Shown: piece after piece, positions 31,315 through 42,378 of the stretch | How the letters are laid out: each line of letters starts with the position of its first letter | Position numbering within the stretch: position 1 is the stretch's first letter | Origin: Nitrospirota bacterium | GTDB taxonomy: Bacteria; Nitrospirota; UBA9217 | Reading direction: 5' to 3' | DNA: 64,000 bases | Assembly (NCBI GenBank): GCA_963845065.1 | Contig: CAWJQQ010000001.1 | Location: forward strand, 1,258,057 to 1,322,056 | The notes under the pieces: model-generated | The model's database searches: none | What the model saw: only the letters and a program-made list of their open reading frames with translations | What the model was told of the DNA's origin: nothing | Position numbers and translations under genes: made by a program

Positions 31315-31986
31315 CTATCGCTTTCTCAAGTCAATCGCACTTTTTATATAAGGGTAAACCGTTTCTGTGATTATTCGATATCCCTCTGATGTCGGGTGGA
31401 TTCCATCCGCCTGGTTGAGGGATGGGTCGCCCGCTATGCCAGCGAGAAAGAAGGGGATAAGGATTAGATTATATTTCTCTGCTATAGAGTGATAGTTCGA
31501 GTAGAATTCTTCTGTGAATTTCCGTCCCATGTTTGTCACCATCCTCATACCTGCAAGTACTACAACGACATTGTTCTCTTTAAGGATGCGAACAGTCTCG
31601 TCAATGTTCTTTCTGGTTACATGCGGGTCAATTCCTCGAAGGCCATCATTGGCACCGGTCTCGAGGATGATGATGTCGGGTTTGAGTTTCAGCACCCAGA
31701 GAACGCGCGAGAGGGCGCCGCTGCTCGTTTCACCGCTGATGCCCGCATTGATGACCCGCCAGTTATATCCCGCAGACCTGAGCATCTTTTCGAGCCTCGC
31801 AGGATAAGAATTCTCCTCGTTAACGCCAAAACCCGCTGTAAGGCTATCGCCCACAGCGACGATGGTGCCATCATAAACATGCTGTTGCCGAGGTGCTATG
31901 ATCTGCGGTTCTTTACGCCGTTCACATCCGGCTATACACAACAATAGAAGAATCGTTGAGGTCAAACGCATTATCAAACCGTTCAT
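31315..31986 (-). CDS. tesA: TesA-like GDSL arylesterase/thioesterase lipoprotein
   Basis: GDSLTAG, NAGISGET, GANDGLRG, DGIHP; lipobox IAGC. Confidence 0.9.
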   Translation of the reverse strand: MNGLIMRLTSTILLLLCIAGCERRKEPQIIAPRQQHVYDGTIVAVGDSLTAGFGVNEENSYPARLEKMLRSAGYNWRVINAGISGETSSGALSRVLWVLKLKPDIIILETGANDGLRGIDPHVTRKNIDETVRILKENNVVVVLAGMRMVTNMGRKFTEEFYSNYHSIAEKYNLILIPFFLAGIAGDPSLNQADGIHPTSEGYRIITETVYPYIKSAIDLRKR

Positions 31987-32083
31987 AATTCCTTCTTTTT
32001 ATAAGCAGGCTACTGCATAATGGTATCTGTTTCAGCGTGTATGGCCGTAACCATCTGATGTAGTCTAGCTGTTTTTATGAAAA

Positions 32084-34705
32084 TTACTCCTCAGTCTGCT
32101 CCCGAAGGAACGCAGCGGGCCTCTGCCGAATTATGGAGAGCGAGGCTCCAAGACCGACAATGATTACGAGAACGGCCGTTGCGATAATCATCACGCTACT
32201 TATGCCTATAAAGGGATTGTAGGGTACGTCGAGAACGTACCGGCAGATAATCCAACTGCCCGACTGGGAGAGAACGAGTGCGACGATGCCACTTGCGAGT
32301 CCAATGAACAAACCTTCGACGGCAAAGACGGACAGTACAAATCTACCTTGGGCACCGAGGATCGTGAAATAAATCGCTTCCTGAATGCGCGTGTAGCGCG
32401 TTGCAAATACTGAACTAATAATGATCAAGATGCCGGCAAGGACGCTGAAGAGAGTAAAAAAACGGACGATCAATGTGAGCCGTTCCATGATCCGGGCGAA
32501 TACCCTGACGATCTCCGTTACGTCGATAACACTTACGTTCGGGAAACGGGCAACGATTCGATTTTGGATTGAGGCAATCAACTTTTTATCCACTCGAACA
32601 GTGGTAAAAACTGTCTGGGGAGCGTCTCTGAGTACCTGATTGGGGAAAACGAAGTAAAAGTACGGCTGAAGCGCAGCACGTGTCCTGGTCCTGATGCTTG
32701 AAATCTTGGCTTCAATAGGGATACCCTGAATGCGGAAAGTGATCATATCGCCGATTTTCATATCGCTCATTTTGAGCACTGTATCGAGGACTGAAACCTG
32801 TAATGGCGGCCAGTCATCACGAAAAAGAGTTTTTCCATCGATAATGCGTTCGTCTTCCAGCAGTCCTTCCCGGTAGGTCAGGTTGAATTCTCGTGCCAGG
32901 TTGTCCCCACGTTTCCTCCTCTCCGCCTCACGGTCTATCGGTTTGTTGTTCACTGCCGTGATAGTCCCTCGAATCACAGGGTAGTACGTGGCTGGGATAT
33001 TAAGGAATCGGGCGAATGCAACCTTCTGGTCTGGTTGGATATCGATGAAGAATAGGTTGGGGGCGTCCGGAGGGTAGGACCGAACGAAGGTTACGTCAAG
33101 ATTTTTCTCCACGAGTGTGATTGAGAAAATGATTGCTAGTGATGCAGTTAGTGTGATAATGATCGACATTGTCGCGTTACCAGGGCGAAACAGCCCTTTC
33201 AGTGCTTGTCGCAGTATAAGATTTTTCGTGTGCAACATTTTCGACAAACGGAGAATTCCTGCGGAACAGAGAACAGAGATAAGTATGAGAAGCCCGACTC
33301 CTATGACAAAGTACGATCCCGATTTCAAATCGCGTATCCGCCATAGGACCATGGCAATGAAAAGCATAATGCTTGCAATGCCTGTCAGCCATGTTGCTCG
33401 ACTCTGCGCAAGACGCTGACTTTCCTTGCCAAAAATAGACCGCGGTTTGACCTCCTTGAGACGGTACAGAGGGAGCAGGGTGAACAGAATTACGACCATG
33501 GAACCGATTATAAGCCCCTCGGCCACAGCGCCCCGAGAAATGGTCATTTCCACATTGGAAGGAATGAGCCCTCGAAAAAGATGCGGAAGAATCTTTTCAA
33601 GGAAAAAACTCGCAGCGAGCCCAAGGAGCGTTCCGACGAAGCCGAGGAATGCTACAAGAATAAAATAATGAATGATGATAAAACGGCTTCGGGATCCCAC
33701 TGCTTTCATGATGGCGATAGTCTTCTCTTGTTCCTTTAGGAAGGCGATTAGAGAGCTCTGGATGCCTAGACCTGCGAGGAGCAGCGTAAAGATCCCGATG
33801 AGGTTGAGGAAAAAAAGAAGATTTTCGAAGAAACGTTTTACCCCAGAATCGGCTGTCCGGTAGGTGTCTACACGTTCACGTTCTTTGTTTGATGCAGTCA
33901 GGAGCTGATTCGCTACCCGCACCAGTTCGTTCGCTTGTTCGACTTTAACGAGGATCGTGTAATCCACCCTGCTTCCCTTCCCGATAAGGTCAAGGGAAGG
34001 GAGGTCAACTGCGGAAATAAAAACACGAGGGCCAAGTGCAAAGAAATTTACCGGTCTGTCAGGCTCCTGGACCACGACATCGCGGATGGTAAGACGAGCC
34101 CTTCCTACCCTAAGACTGTCGCCGAGTTTGAGGCGAAGACGGTCGAGAAGTGACTGTTCAACAACGACGCTGCCCCGGGTCAGTACTTTGTTAAATGGAG
34201 AACCGGAGGCGAGTTCAAGAGCGCCATAAAAAGGGTAGCCAGGATCCACCACTTTGATGCTTGAAAGAAGAGATTCTTGATTTTCATTGGCATCGGGTCT
34301 CTGAGGCATCTGTGACGTTGATCCTTCTGCGGTTTCCTGATGCACTTGCCTGTATGGCCCTGTAGTTCTTCCTTTTATTTCGCCACGAACTGAGCCACTA
34401 CTTGCATTTCTGTCAGTTTGTACTACTGAATAAAATTCGTAGACACGTGCGCTTTCTATTGTTTTCCGCAGCTCTAGAGAGTTCAGAGTGCTGAGAAGAC
34501 TCGGTGAGAATGGAGCATGCGAATGGATAATAATATCTGCAGCATGGAGTGCACGAGCATCACGAAGAAAGGATGAGTGAACACTATTGCTGAAACCTCC
34601 TAGAGACACCAGCGTTACCATAGACAAGATAACGCAGAGGACCAGCACAGCTGACTGGTGCCAAGATCCGGCTATTTGGCGACGAATAAGATGAATATTA
34701 AACAT
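32084..34705 (-). CDS. YbbP-like double-FtsX ABC permease
   Basis: YPFYG, PNLFFIDIQPDQ, REFNLTY, FPNVSVID; synteny with YbbA-like ATPase and tesA. Confidence 0.88.
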   Translation of the reverse strand: MFNIHLIRRQIAGSWHQSAVLVLCVILSMVTLVSLGGFSNSVHSSFLRDARALHAADIIIHSHAPFSPSLLSTLNSLELRKTIESARVYEFYSVVQTDRNASSGSVRGEIKGRTTGPYRQVHQETAEGSTSQMPQRPDANENQESLLSSIKVVDPGYPFYGALELASGSPFNKVLTRGSVVVEQSLLDRLRLKLGDSLRVGRARLTIRDVVVQEPDRPVNFFALGPRVFISAVDLPSLDLIGKGSRVDYTILVKVEQANELVRVANQLLTASNKERERVDTYRTADSGVKRFFENLLFFLNLIGIFTLLLAGLGIQSSLIAFLKEQEKTIAIMKAVGSRSRFIIIHYFILVAFLGFVGTLLGLAASFFLEKILPHLFRGLIPSNVEMTISRGAVAEGLIIGSMVVILFTLLPLYRLKEVKPRSIFGKESQRLAQSRATWLTGIASIMLFIAMVLWRIRDLKSGSYFVIGVGLLILISVLCSAGILRLSKMLHTKNLILRQALKGLFRPGNATMSIIITLTASLAIIFSITLVEKNLDVTFVRSYPPDAPNLFFIDIQPDQKVAFARFLNIPATYYPVIRGTITAVNNKPIDREAERRKRGDNLAREFNLTYREGLLEDERIIDGKTLFRDDWPPLQVSVLDTVLKMSDMKIGDMITFRIQGIPIEAKISSIRTRTRAALQPYFYFVFPNQVLRDAPQTVFTTVRVDKKLIASIQNRIVARFPNVSVIDVTEIVRVFARIMERLTLIVRFFTLFSVLAGILIIISSVFATRYTRIQEAIYFTILGAQGRFVLSVFAVEGLFIGLASGIVALVLSQSGSWIICRYVLDVPYNPFIGISSVMIIATAVLVIIVGLGASLSIIRQRPAAFLREQTEE

Positions 34706-35378
34706 ATGTGATGCTCGCATCAATTAGCCCATCACGGAGCGTGACGACGCGGTCGGCTTTCCTGGAAATATCCTGATTATGCGTAACAAGAATTAGAGTG
34801 GTCATCCGTTCGTGGTAGAGTTCAAGAAGCAAATCCAGGACGGCTTTGCCATTTACTGAGTCGAGGTTGCCCGTCGGCTCATCTGCAAAGATGATCCGTG
34901 GGTCGTTTATCAAGGCGCGGCAAATGGCACAGCGTTGTTTTTCTCCGCCCGACAGCTGGTGGGGAAAATTGGAAGCCCGTTCAATAAGTCCGACCCGTGT
35001 GAGGAGAACCTCTGCCTTCTCACGGGCGTGGAGATCTCTCCGTAGCTCAGCGGGGAACATGACGTTTTCAAGGGTTGTTAGGGAGGGAACAAGGTGAAAC
35101 GATTGGAAGACGAAACCGAAGGTGGTATTTCTGAGCGGTGCAAGCTCGTCCTCAGGAAGGTTGGTGATGTCTCTTCCTTCGATCAGGACGCGGCCCTTGT
35201 CGGTAGTGTCAAGCCCTGAGAGAATTGAGAGAAGAGTTGATTTTCCACTGCCACTATTACCTTCCACGACAAGAAATTCACCTCTAGCCACTGAAAGAGA
35301 TACATCGTCGAGAACCGTGATTCTCTGGTTGCCGATTGTATAAATCTTGGAGATATTGTTCGCTTCGAGGATAGTCAT
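34698..35378 (-). CDS. YbbA-like ABC ATPase
   Basis: GNSGSGKST, LSGGEKQR, FADEPTGNLD. Confidence 0.9.
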   Translation of the reverse strand: MTILEANNISKIYTIGNQRITVLDDVSLSVARGEFLVVEGNSGSGKSTLLSILSGLDTTDKGRVLIEGRDITNLPEDELAPLRNTTFGFVFQSFHLVPSLTTLENVMFPAELRRDLHAREKAEVLLTRVGLIERASNFPHQLSGGEKQRCAICRALINDPRIIFADEPTGNLDSVNGKAVLDLLLELYHERMTTLILVTHNQDISRKADRVVTLRDGLIDASITYV

Positions 35379-35699
35379 ATAATACCGTGGATAAATAATA
35401 TCGACGTCGGCAGAGTTAGTAACGTCCCGCACCTTTCTGGCAAATAGTATCATCACTGACGTCGGTAGTCAATTGTCAGATATTGAAATGCATGTAGCAT
35501 AACAGTAAAATATTTCAGCAATTGACTTCAGGAGGTATTAGGATGTAGAATAATACTAAAGATTGTCAAAATAAAATCGTGAGTAAAGAAAAATGAGATT
35601 CAGGCTAGTGTCCTTGAATTCAGTGAGTAAACACGTAACAATCATGATAAACCATATATAAATTAACCTGGAAAAGAACCAACATGGGCGGGTCCGCTA

Positions 35700-36371
35700 A
35701 TGAAAAAGATATTGCTGACGAATGATATAAAAAAACTATTTACCGAACAAAGCAACTTTCTCGATCGCTCTGATATTACAGTAGTAACGGCGGCGACAAA
35801 CGCAGAGTTACTAAAGATTCATCGGAAGGAAAACGTAGATCTTATTGTTTCCCAGTTAGAGGCGCCAGGGATCAAGAGCGAAAAAATATTTGAAATCATC
35901 AGAAAGAACGACGATCTGCGAAAAGTATCTGTTATTATAATCTGCAAGGATACTCTCGCAAACCGTGAGCGGTGCAAGCTATGCCATGCCAATGAAGTTT
36001 TTACCATACCTGTTGATTTGGCTTTACTGTTCATAAAAATGCAGCAACTCCTCAATATTTCGCCAAGAATGTACTATCGGGCCGCTCTCGCAGTCGCCGT
36101 ACAAGGAAAATTCAAGGACCGGCCGCTTCCATTCTGGACAGAAAATATCAGTGCTAGTGGCATGCTAATCAAGGCAAAGGAGCCGCTTTCAAAAGGCGAT
36201 GGGATCTTTTTCTCATTCTTTCTACCTGATGGCACGCATGTCAGCGGATACGGCGAAATTACCCGGGTCAATCATCCGAGGACTGAACAAGATGCATATC
36301 TTGATGGGATCAAGTTTACCAACATAGACCCGAGTGCTCAGGCAGCTATAGAAGCCGTTATAAATAAATAA
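35700..36371 (+). CDS. Atypical receiver domain + PilZ domain protein
   Basis: REC-like N-half lacking the acceptor Asp (DLIVSQL); PRMYYR and NISASG PilZ motifs. Confidence 0.8.
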   Translation: MKKILLTNDIKKLFTEQSNFLDRSDITVVTAATNAELLKIHRKENVDLIVSQLEAPGIKSEKIFEIIRKNDDLRKVSVIIICKDTLANRERCKLCHANEVFTIPVDLALLFIKMQQLLNISPRMYYRAALAVAVQGKFKDRPLPFWTENISASGMLIKAKEPLSKGDGIFFSFFLPDGTHVSGYGEITRVNHPRTEQDAYLDGIKFTNIDPSAQAAIEAVINK

Positions 36372-36544
36372 TCAAAAAATATTTCTCAGAATGAATTTGT
36401 TTTATAAATATTAATCATCTGCGGGGAAGTGATTAGTGTATAGCTTGGTCAACTTATGGTGTGCTGAACTTGATAGAATCGGTACGGCAGTTGATCGCTG
36501 AGAGATTTTAAGGTTTTTTCAATATCTTTTTGTGCCATATAAAA

Positions 36545-36825
36545 TAAAGTGTTTTGGGTAAATTACAGTTAGGTTTAGATTGCTGGCCTCTAACGTTCGA
36601 ATAAGATTGTAGCTGGTTAACGGCAGATTTCCATTCGTAACATCGGCATGATAATTATTATTGAGCCGCTTTCAACAACAATTATAGCCGTTTCGCCATG
36701 GTCTCATCATTTCTGAAGGAACCATGGTTTTTAGTCATCTTTCGATACGACATGATAAGTGATTCAATCACATTCATTGTCTCGATAATTTTTCGAATTT
36801 CAGGAAGTTGGATGAAGAAATGTGA
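36545..36825 (-). mobile_element. IS256-family transposase 3' remnant
   Basis: FFIQLPEIRKIIETMNVIESLIMSYRKMTKNHGSFRNDE resembles IS256 PEIRKxIYTTNxIESLN...KNRGSFPNDE. Confidence 0.72.
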
Positions 36826-36964
36826 TCTTATCGTGAAGGCGACGTTGAAGCAGTCGGAGGCCAATGATTCTTTGTCTATGTCATAATCGGTGTAAATGGG
36901 GAGGGATAGAAAATACCCACTTTCCTTATGGTGGTCGCATGACAAAATTATTGAGGGAATCTTA

Positions 36965-37603
36965 ATGATCCGTGCGCGGATTCTTTCCGGCATAGCATGG
37001 TTTCTTGTCTCACTCTGGAGCAGGACAATAAAGATACGTTTCGTGAACAGAGAGGTTCCGGAGCGACTCGCCGCGGAAGGAAAAAATTTTATTTATGCTT
37101 TTTTTCACGGAGATCTTTTCCTGATGCTTCACGTGTACCGCGATTCTGGTGTCGTAATCCCTGCAAGCGAAAGCAGGGACGGGGAGATCATGGCTCAGTT
37201 ACTCAGACGATTCGGGTTCTCTATCGTGCGCGGGTCTAGCAAACGCAAAGGTCATAAAGCACTTCTTGCGCTGATAAGTAGCATGCGCAAGGGAAAGAAT
37301 GTGGCCATAGCAGTCGATGGGCCCCGTGGACCTCTGCATCAGGTAAAGTCGGGTGTGGTATTCCTTGCAGGCGTTACGAAAGCGCCCATTGTCCCGGTGA
37401 TTATTACTGTAAAACATTTTTGGGTTATCGAAAAGAGCTGGGATAAACTTATGATCCCCGTTCCGTTTACCAATGGATTTATGGCGTTTGGCGATCCCAT
37501 CTATGTGAACAGCACATTAAATGAAGAAATCGAGTCTGCTCGAAAGAAAATTGAAGCTGATCTGCAAATGTTGACGCATCAAGCGATGGGATCCGGTTTG
37601 TAA
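36965..37603 (+). CDS. DUF374 lysophospholipid-acyltransferase-like protein
   Basis: YAFFHG, SESRDGE, VRGSS, AVDGPRGP, KSWD. Confidence 0.88.
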   Translation: MIRARILSGIAWFLVSLWSRTIKIRFVNREVPERLAAEGKNFIYAFFHGDLFLMLHVYRDSGVVIPASESRDGEIMAQLLRRFGFSIVRGSSKRKGHKALLALISSMRKGKNVAIAVDGPRGPLHQVKSGVVFLAGVTKAPIVPVIITVKHFWVIEKSWDKLMIPVPFTNGFMAFGDPIYVNSTLNEEIESARKKIEADLQMLTHQAMGSGL

Positions 37604-37739
37604 CAGCCCACAGGCTGTGGTCAACACTGGAATAGCGATTAAGACTACTGGCAATGGGCAACAATAGCTGCTAATAGTTAACAAGTCGATGGTCACCTCA
37701 TCGTGAACGCACTTTAATTCTTTAAGACTTGAAAGCATA

Positions 37740-37930
37740 ATCGGGTATCGACTCCTTCGCAAAGTACGCGGCAGCTTTTTTACGATGTCCCGCTCCATCT
37801 TTGCTTCAGCCGGCTTCCGCTTTGTCCTGGCCACCTCCAACTCCATCTTAATCTCGGTTAGCGGTCTCTGGCTCTTTTCTATCTCCGACGACTTTCCCAA
37901 TTTATAGGAGCCAACGCTGATCTGCAGCGA
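37740..37930 (-). mobile_element. IS3-family orfA remnant
   Basis: SQRPLTEIKMELEVARTKRKPAEAKMERDIVKKLPRTLRRS resembles an IS3 orfA C-terminus and its frameshift window. Confidence 0.62.
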
Positions 37931-38410
37931 GACAGCGTTGGTGAAACAACTTGCGTGATGAATTGAATTATGATGTATGTTTCGTCTGAAAAGGAAAAGG
38001 TAAGAATGTTCCTGAGACGTCTTCATTTTCTTATCAAAGATCAGCCCCATGGGTGTGCATCAGTTGAGTGCAAGTGTGCATTTGCGAGTCATGCTAAGCT
38101 TTCCGCTCATCCGGAATTATTTGAAAATTAAGACATATTTATTTGGCAACGACTTTGCTTTTTCAGTTGTTATCAGCTGATTAGTATACCGAAATAGAGG
38201 AATAGGATTATGAAAGTAACATGCTTGGAGCCACCGACTTGTAGCGTTATTACTATAACTAAAACTGAAGGCTGGGGCGTTGGGGTACGGGATGTCCGAG
38301 CTACTCTGCTGAGATGCAGGAAGACCTTTTTCACCGACATTGTCGAGCCTACCAATACCCATAAAGTTGCACAGACGGCCGTCGGATAGAAGATGCAGGA
38401 TGCCACTTGT

Positions 38411-38545
38411 ATGCTAGTGTTCCGCTTTACCCACTCGGCGCGGCGATCGGACTGAAACCGACTACAAGCTAGACATGACTTTGGCTCTAAGCATCCATCC
38501 GCCGAAGCGTGGAGCGCTAAGTTGGTGTGTAAGAAGTTGTTGGGC
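38411..38545 (-). other. Degenerate attC-like site
   Basis: GCCCAAC (RYYYAAC) followed by an imperfect inverted repeat; the far GTTRRRY end is degenerate. Confidence 0.4.
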
Positions 38546-38962
38546 CGCGCATTATGCTTTACCAAGTGTTTCTCGTGTGTGGTCTGCAGACATCAATTGC
38601 GCGGTCAACGCTCCCGTTTGGTCGTGAGCCGTATAAGGCATGCATTTCTGTATGCGTGAATAAAGTGAATCACACTGGTCTGATAATAATCAGACCGAAA
38701 CGGTTTGTCTCACGCCAGAATCTACTCATTCAGGCTTTCACCGAAAACCACCCACCGATGCATTACCCTATATATAGAAATCATCGGCTATCATCCTGCC
38801 GCTGCGGGCTTCTTGAATTATGGATTGAACGACGTGAAGATGTCATCTCAATCCTTATTGATTCTACACATCTTCAAAAATAATGTCTATCAAGTTACCA
38901 TCTACAAGTATGCATCCGAGACTCGCTATAAAAAGCGCAGTATTAGCGTGCCCATTCAAGAC

Positions 38963-40030
38963 TTAACTGTACGTCAGTTTTCGCTCAAGGTCTTTCGAGC
39001 GGGAGATGCGCTTTGCCTCATCGAGAGTTATGAGTTCGGCTCTACAGAGCTGAATGAGATGTTGGTCCATTGTCTGCATGTGGTATTCGTCGCGTCCCTT
39101 TTCGATATACTGCTCGATCTCATCGAGGTGATTGTCCCTGATGCACGCCTGAATGGTAGAAGTTGCATACATCACCTCAAGAACAGGAATAACAGTGTCG
39201 TCTTTTTTCCCTCTTACAAGCCTCAAAGAGATGATAGCTACAAGGCTCTCCGCCAGCCTTTTCCTGGCATTCTCCTGCGCCTGAGGCGGGAAATAACCAA
39301 CGATACGGTTGATGGACGAAGCCGTATTATGGGTATGAAGAGTGGACAATACCAGATGCCCGGTCTCGGCGGCCATCACACAGGCATCTATGGTTTCAAG
39401 ATCACGTAATTCTCCGACCATGATGACGTCGGGATTCATGCGCATTGCAGACCGTAAAGCAATGCTGAAACTATCCGTATCGATGCCTATTTCCCTCTGG
39501 ATAATACAGCTTTTGTTCGAAGTGAACAAAAACTCGATCGGGTCCTCGATCGTAATGATATTGTAATCGAAATTATCATTGATAAACCTCATCATCGAAG
39601 CTAGCGTCGTTGATTTGCCGTTGCCGGTCGGTCCGGTGACGAGAACCAGGCCGTTAGGAACCTGCGCTATCCTGCCGAGCACCGGAGGAAGATTTAACTC
39701 CTCGAACGTGCCTATCTGGTGAGGTATGACTCGCATGACGACGCCGAGGTTGCCGCGCTGCCGGAAGATGCTCACGCGGAAGCGTCCGACATCCGTCAGC
39801 GTATAGGAAGTATCAAGTTCCTTCAAGTCTTCAGGCAGCTTTCGGTTGTGCTGCTCCATAACCGCGCTTGCGACGAATTCAGTGTCTTTTTTCGTCAAGT
39901 TCGCGAGCTTGGAGCGAATAAGATGCCCGCGCGCACGGAACATCGGGGGGTTGTCCACCTCAAAATGGATATCCGAGACCCTTTTTTCGAAGGCAATGTG
40001 AAGAATCTGATTAAATACTGCAATGTCCAT
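38963..40030 (-). CDS. PilT/PilU-family type IV pilus retraction-type ATPase
   Basis: SDIHF, GPTGNGKSTT, TIEDPIE, IMVGELRD, AETGHLVLSTLHT, MQTMDQ. Confidence 0.92.
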   Translation of the reverse strand: MDIAVFNQILHIAFEKRVSDIHFEVDNPPMFRARGHLIRSKLANLTKKDTEFVASAVMEQHNRKLPEDLKELDTSYTLTDVGRFRVSIFRQRGNLGVVMRVIPHQIGTFEELNLPPVLGRIAQVPNGLVLVTGPTGNGKSTTLASMMRFINDNFDYNIITIEDPIEFLFTSNKSCIIQREIGIDTDSFSIALRSAMRMNPDVIMVGELRDLETIDACVMAAETGHLVLSTLHTHNTASSINRIVGYFPPQAQENARKRLAESLVAIISLRLVRGKKDDTVIPVLEVMYATSTIQACIRDNHLDEIEQYIEKGRDEYHMQTMDQHLIQLCRAELITLDEAKRISRSKDLERKLTYS

Positions 40031-40080
40031 GGCGCGTTGTACCTCCGCGTTTTATCTTGGTCGAAGACACATCCATATCT

Positions 40081-41859
40081 CTATGATTTTTGAGCCGCTT
40101 TGGTTACCTGCCTGCGGAAAATCACATATTCCAGAACAATGCCCGCTTGCTGAGAAAGGATCTCAAGCATATCGAGCCTCACAGGAGACGCCTCTTTCTG
40201 CCCGAAATCGCCGTATATCACCGCTACGACCTTTCGATCGCTTATCAAGGGCAGCAGAACAATGGCGGAACTCAACGGTTTGCCTAATTCTGTAAAAAAT
40301 GTCCTGAGCGTTTCATCGCCGCTCTCTCCGTAATAGACCCGCCCTTTTTCGATAACGTCCCGAAAAACCGAAGGCTTTGAAAGCTGGATCTTCAGCCTGT
40401 TCGCCGGAGTCGGCCCCATACTTTTTTCGGAACTGATCCCTATGGCTCTTTCACCGATCAATTCTGAAGCACGGACGAGAAATGTAACCGCACGTTCGAA
40501 CATCTCGGAAACAGCCGTGAGAACCACGAGCGCCGCATCGGAAGGAACAGTGATCCCCCGAAGCGATGTGATGCCTTCTTTCAGTTTCTTGCCGTAGATA
40601 TCAGCATCATCGTGTCCATACTGAATACTCTTGACATACGACTTGAACGCGTCGAGGAATTTTATCGTGTCCTCGATGTACGTTTCTCTCCGATCTTCTT
40701 TCGACGGTTTGGGGAGAACAGCCCTCACGCCCTCATGGTACGATTGAAGGATGAAATCACTATCCTGAGGAGATGCAAATTGAATCACGGGAACCGCAGA
40801 GTACTTTCCGATCACCTCTTTCCTCAGTCCTACTATTTTTCCCCTGGAAAACCCGCCCTCCGATTTCACGTAATTGTCGAAGACAACGAATGGCATTCTC
40901 CCGGAAAGGAAGCACTGAGATACTATCCGGTAGAGCTCCTTTTCGTCATCAGTCGCAAACACGAGTACTCCCTCATCGTTACAAAGGGACATGACTGAAT
41001 GACTGATAAGCGCATCACAGCTGAAAATGACGACAGCCTTGCTCGCCTGCTTCGCCGCAGCGTCGGGCGCAGCCTTACGATCGGCGGATTTCCTAAGAAA
41101 AGAAACAAATGCCTCCTGCTCTTCGAAAGAAAAACCCGGGAGCAGTTCCTTTATTTTCTGGCGATGGATTGCGACCGGATCAAATATTTCCATTTCAGAA
41201 ACAGGCCGGGGTATCCTCTTCTCAAGCCGGTCGAGGTCGGCAAGCCCGAGATCATCCGCTGTAACTATGGAACGTTCTACTTTTGTTTCACCGGCGCTTT
41301 CCTCGGGAAGGACATCGGCATAGAGCGCCTCAAAGGAAGGAACTTCTTTTCCAGCCGCGCGGTCGCGTTCCCGCTCGTCGAAGATGCGAAGTGCCTCCAT
41401 CAAAACCATCTGGGCATCAACTTCCAGATCCCGCTCTCCTTCGGAAGAAACGACAATCGCATCCGTATCAAACGTAAAGGTGCCCTTCGTCCAGTTCATC
41501 AGCTCAACGATCGTAATCTCGACCAGCTTTTTCAATCCTCTTAGGGCGTCTTCCCGCTTCAGCATGCCCGTCAGTACCAAGGAAGCGAGAAGCGGTATGC
41601 GGTTTTTGTCCGCATTCTTCGTGACACCCATTGCCTTCTTGAGATCGTCGATCGTTATGGCGCCCGTCTTTACCAGAATGGTCCCGATACGGACGCTATT
41701 GTTGATATGATTTGCGCCGACAATATATCCGTTTCTGAAAACAATCTTGCTCACCCCTTTGTTCCCATTAACGGAAAAAATACCCGATTTCCGCGTTGTG
41801 TGGATCAACTGGACAATGTCTACTATAGGCAGATTTTCTAAATCTCCGGTAAATGCCAT
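40081..41859 (-). CDS. DUF4388 (PatA_N-like) + REC-like + GAF-like signalling protein
   Basis: MAFTGDLENLPIVDIVQL...KSG, WTKGTFTF, MEALRIFDE; C-terminal LLPL...VIYGD. Confidence 0.82.
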   Translation of the reverse strand: MAFTGDLENLPIVDIVQLIHTTRKSGIFSVNGNKGVSKIVFRNGYIVGANHINNSVRIGTILVKTGAITIDDLKKAMGVTKNADKNRIPLLASLVLTGMLKREDALRGLKKLVEITIVELMNWTKGTFTFDTDAIVVSSEGERDLEVDAQMVLMEALRIFDERERDRAAGKEVPSFEALYADVLPEESAGETKVERSIVTADDLGLADLDRLEKRIPRPVSEMEIFDPVAIHRQKIKELLPGFSFEEQEAFVSFLRKSADRKAAPDAAAKQASKAVVIFSCDALISHSVMSLCNDEGVLVFATDDEKELYRIVSQCFLSGRMPFVVFDNYVKSEGGFSRGKIVGLRKEVIGKYSAVPVIQFASPQDSDFILQSYHEGVRAVLPKPSKEDRRETYIEDTIKFLDAFKSYVKSIQYGHDDADIYGKKLKEGITSLRGITVPSDAALVVLTAVSEMFERAVTFLVRASELIGERAIGISSEKSMGPTPANRLKIQLSKPSVFRDVIEKGRVYYGESGDETLRTFFTELGKPLSSAIVLLPLISDRKVVAVIYGDFGQKEASPVRLDMLEILSQQAGIVLEYVIFRRQVTKAAQKS

Positions 41860-42183
41860 ATTCTTTAGTATTAATCCTTGGTAAGTATCCCCTTAGGGGT
41901 ACTGAAATATTAGCCTGGAAAACAAAAGTTTCATCAACAAGATAAAATCTATAATCGTACGACCCCACGGAGACCGCCTGTATTTGGAATGTGATTCCCC
42001 AAGTATACAGTTGGTACCTCAGAAGGGCTAATTACCTTGAATTATATAATGATAGGGGATAAGAAGCAAGTGCGCTTCTAAAAACATCAAAAATAAGCAT
42101 AATCATGAATTGGAAAATATGTCTATCCGGTTAACGCAACAAAAGCCTTTTTTAACGCAGCGCCACTAAATGAATTCAAGGTA

Positions 42184-42378
42184 TTGGGTAACATCGAAGA
42201 CAAAACTAGCGCTTATCATTTGGGTCTTGGGATGTGGATTAGGAATAATTGGAGACTTTGGAAAGCCTTGCGACTTGCAAGTATTTTAATAATATTGACG
42301 ATCGAAACCCAGACAACATGTCCGGCACTATCTAACACTCATTCTGAAGAGATTTTAATAAGAATCCTATTTTTCTGA
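42184..42378 (+). pseudogene. Fragment of DUF6794-like protein
   Basis: HLGLGMWIRNNW motif within a short broken ORF. Confidence 0.5.

Noticed and set aside
37517..38050. 177-aa ORF as a real gene
   Set aside because: Chimeric frame running through an IS3 remnant and overlapping the DUF374 gene end
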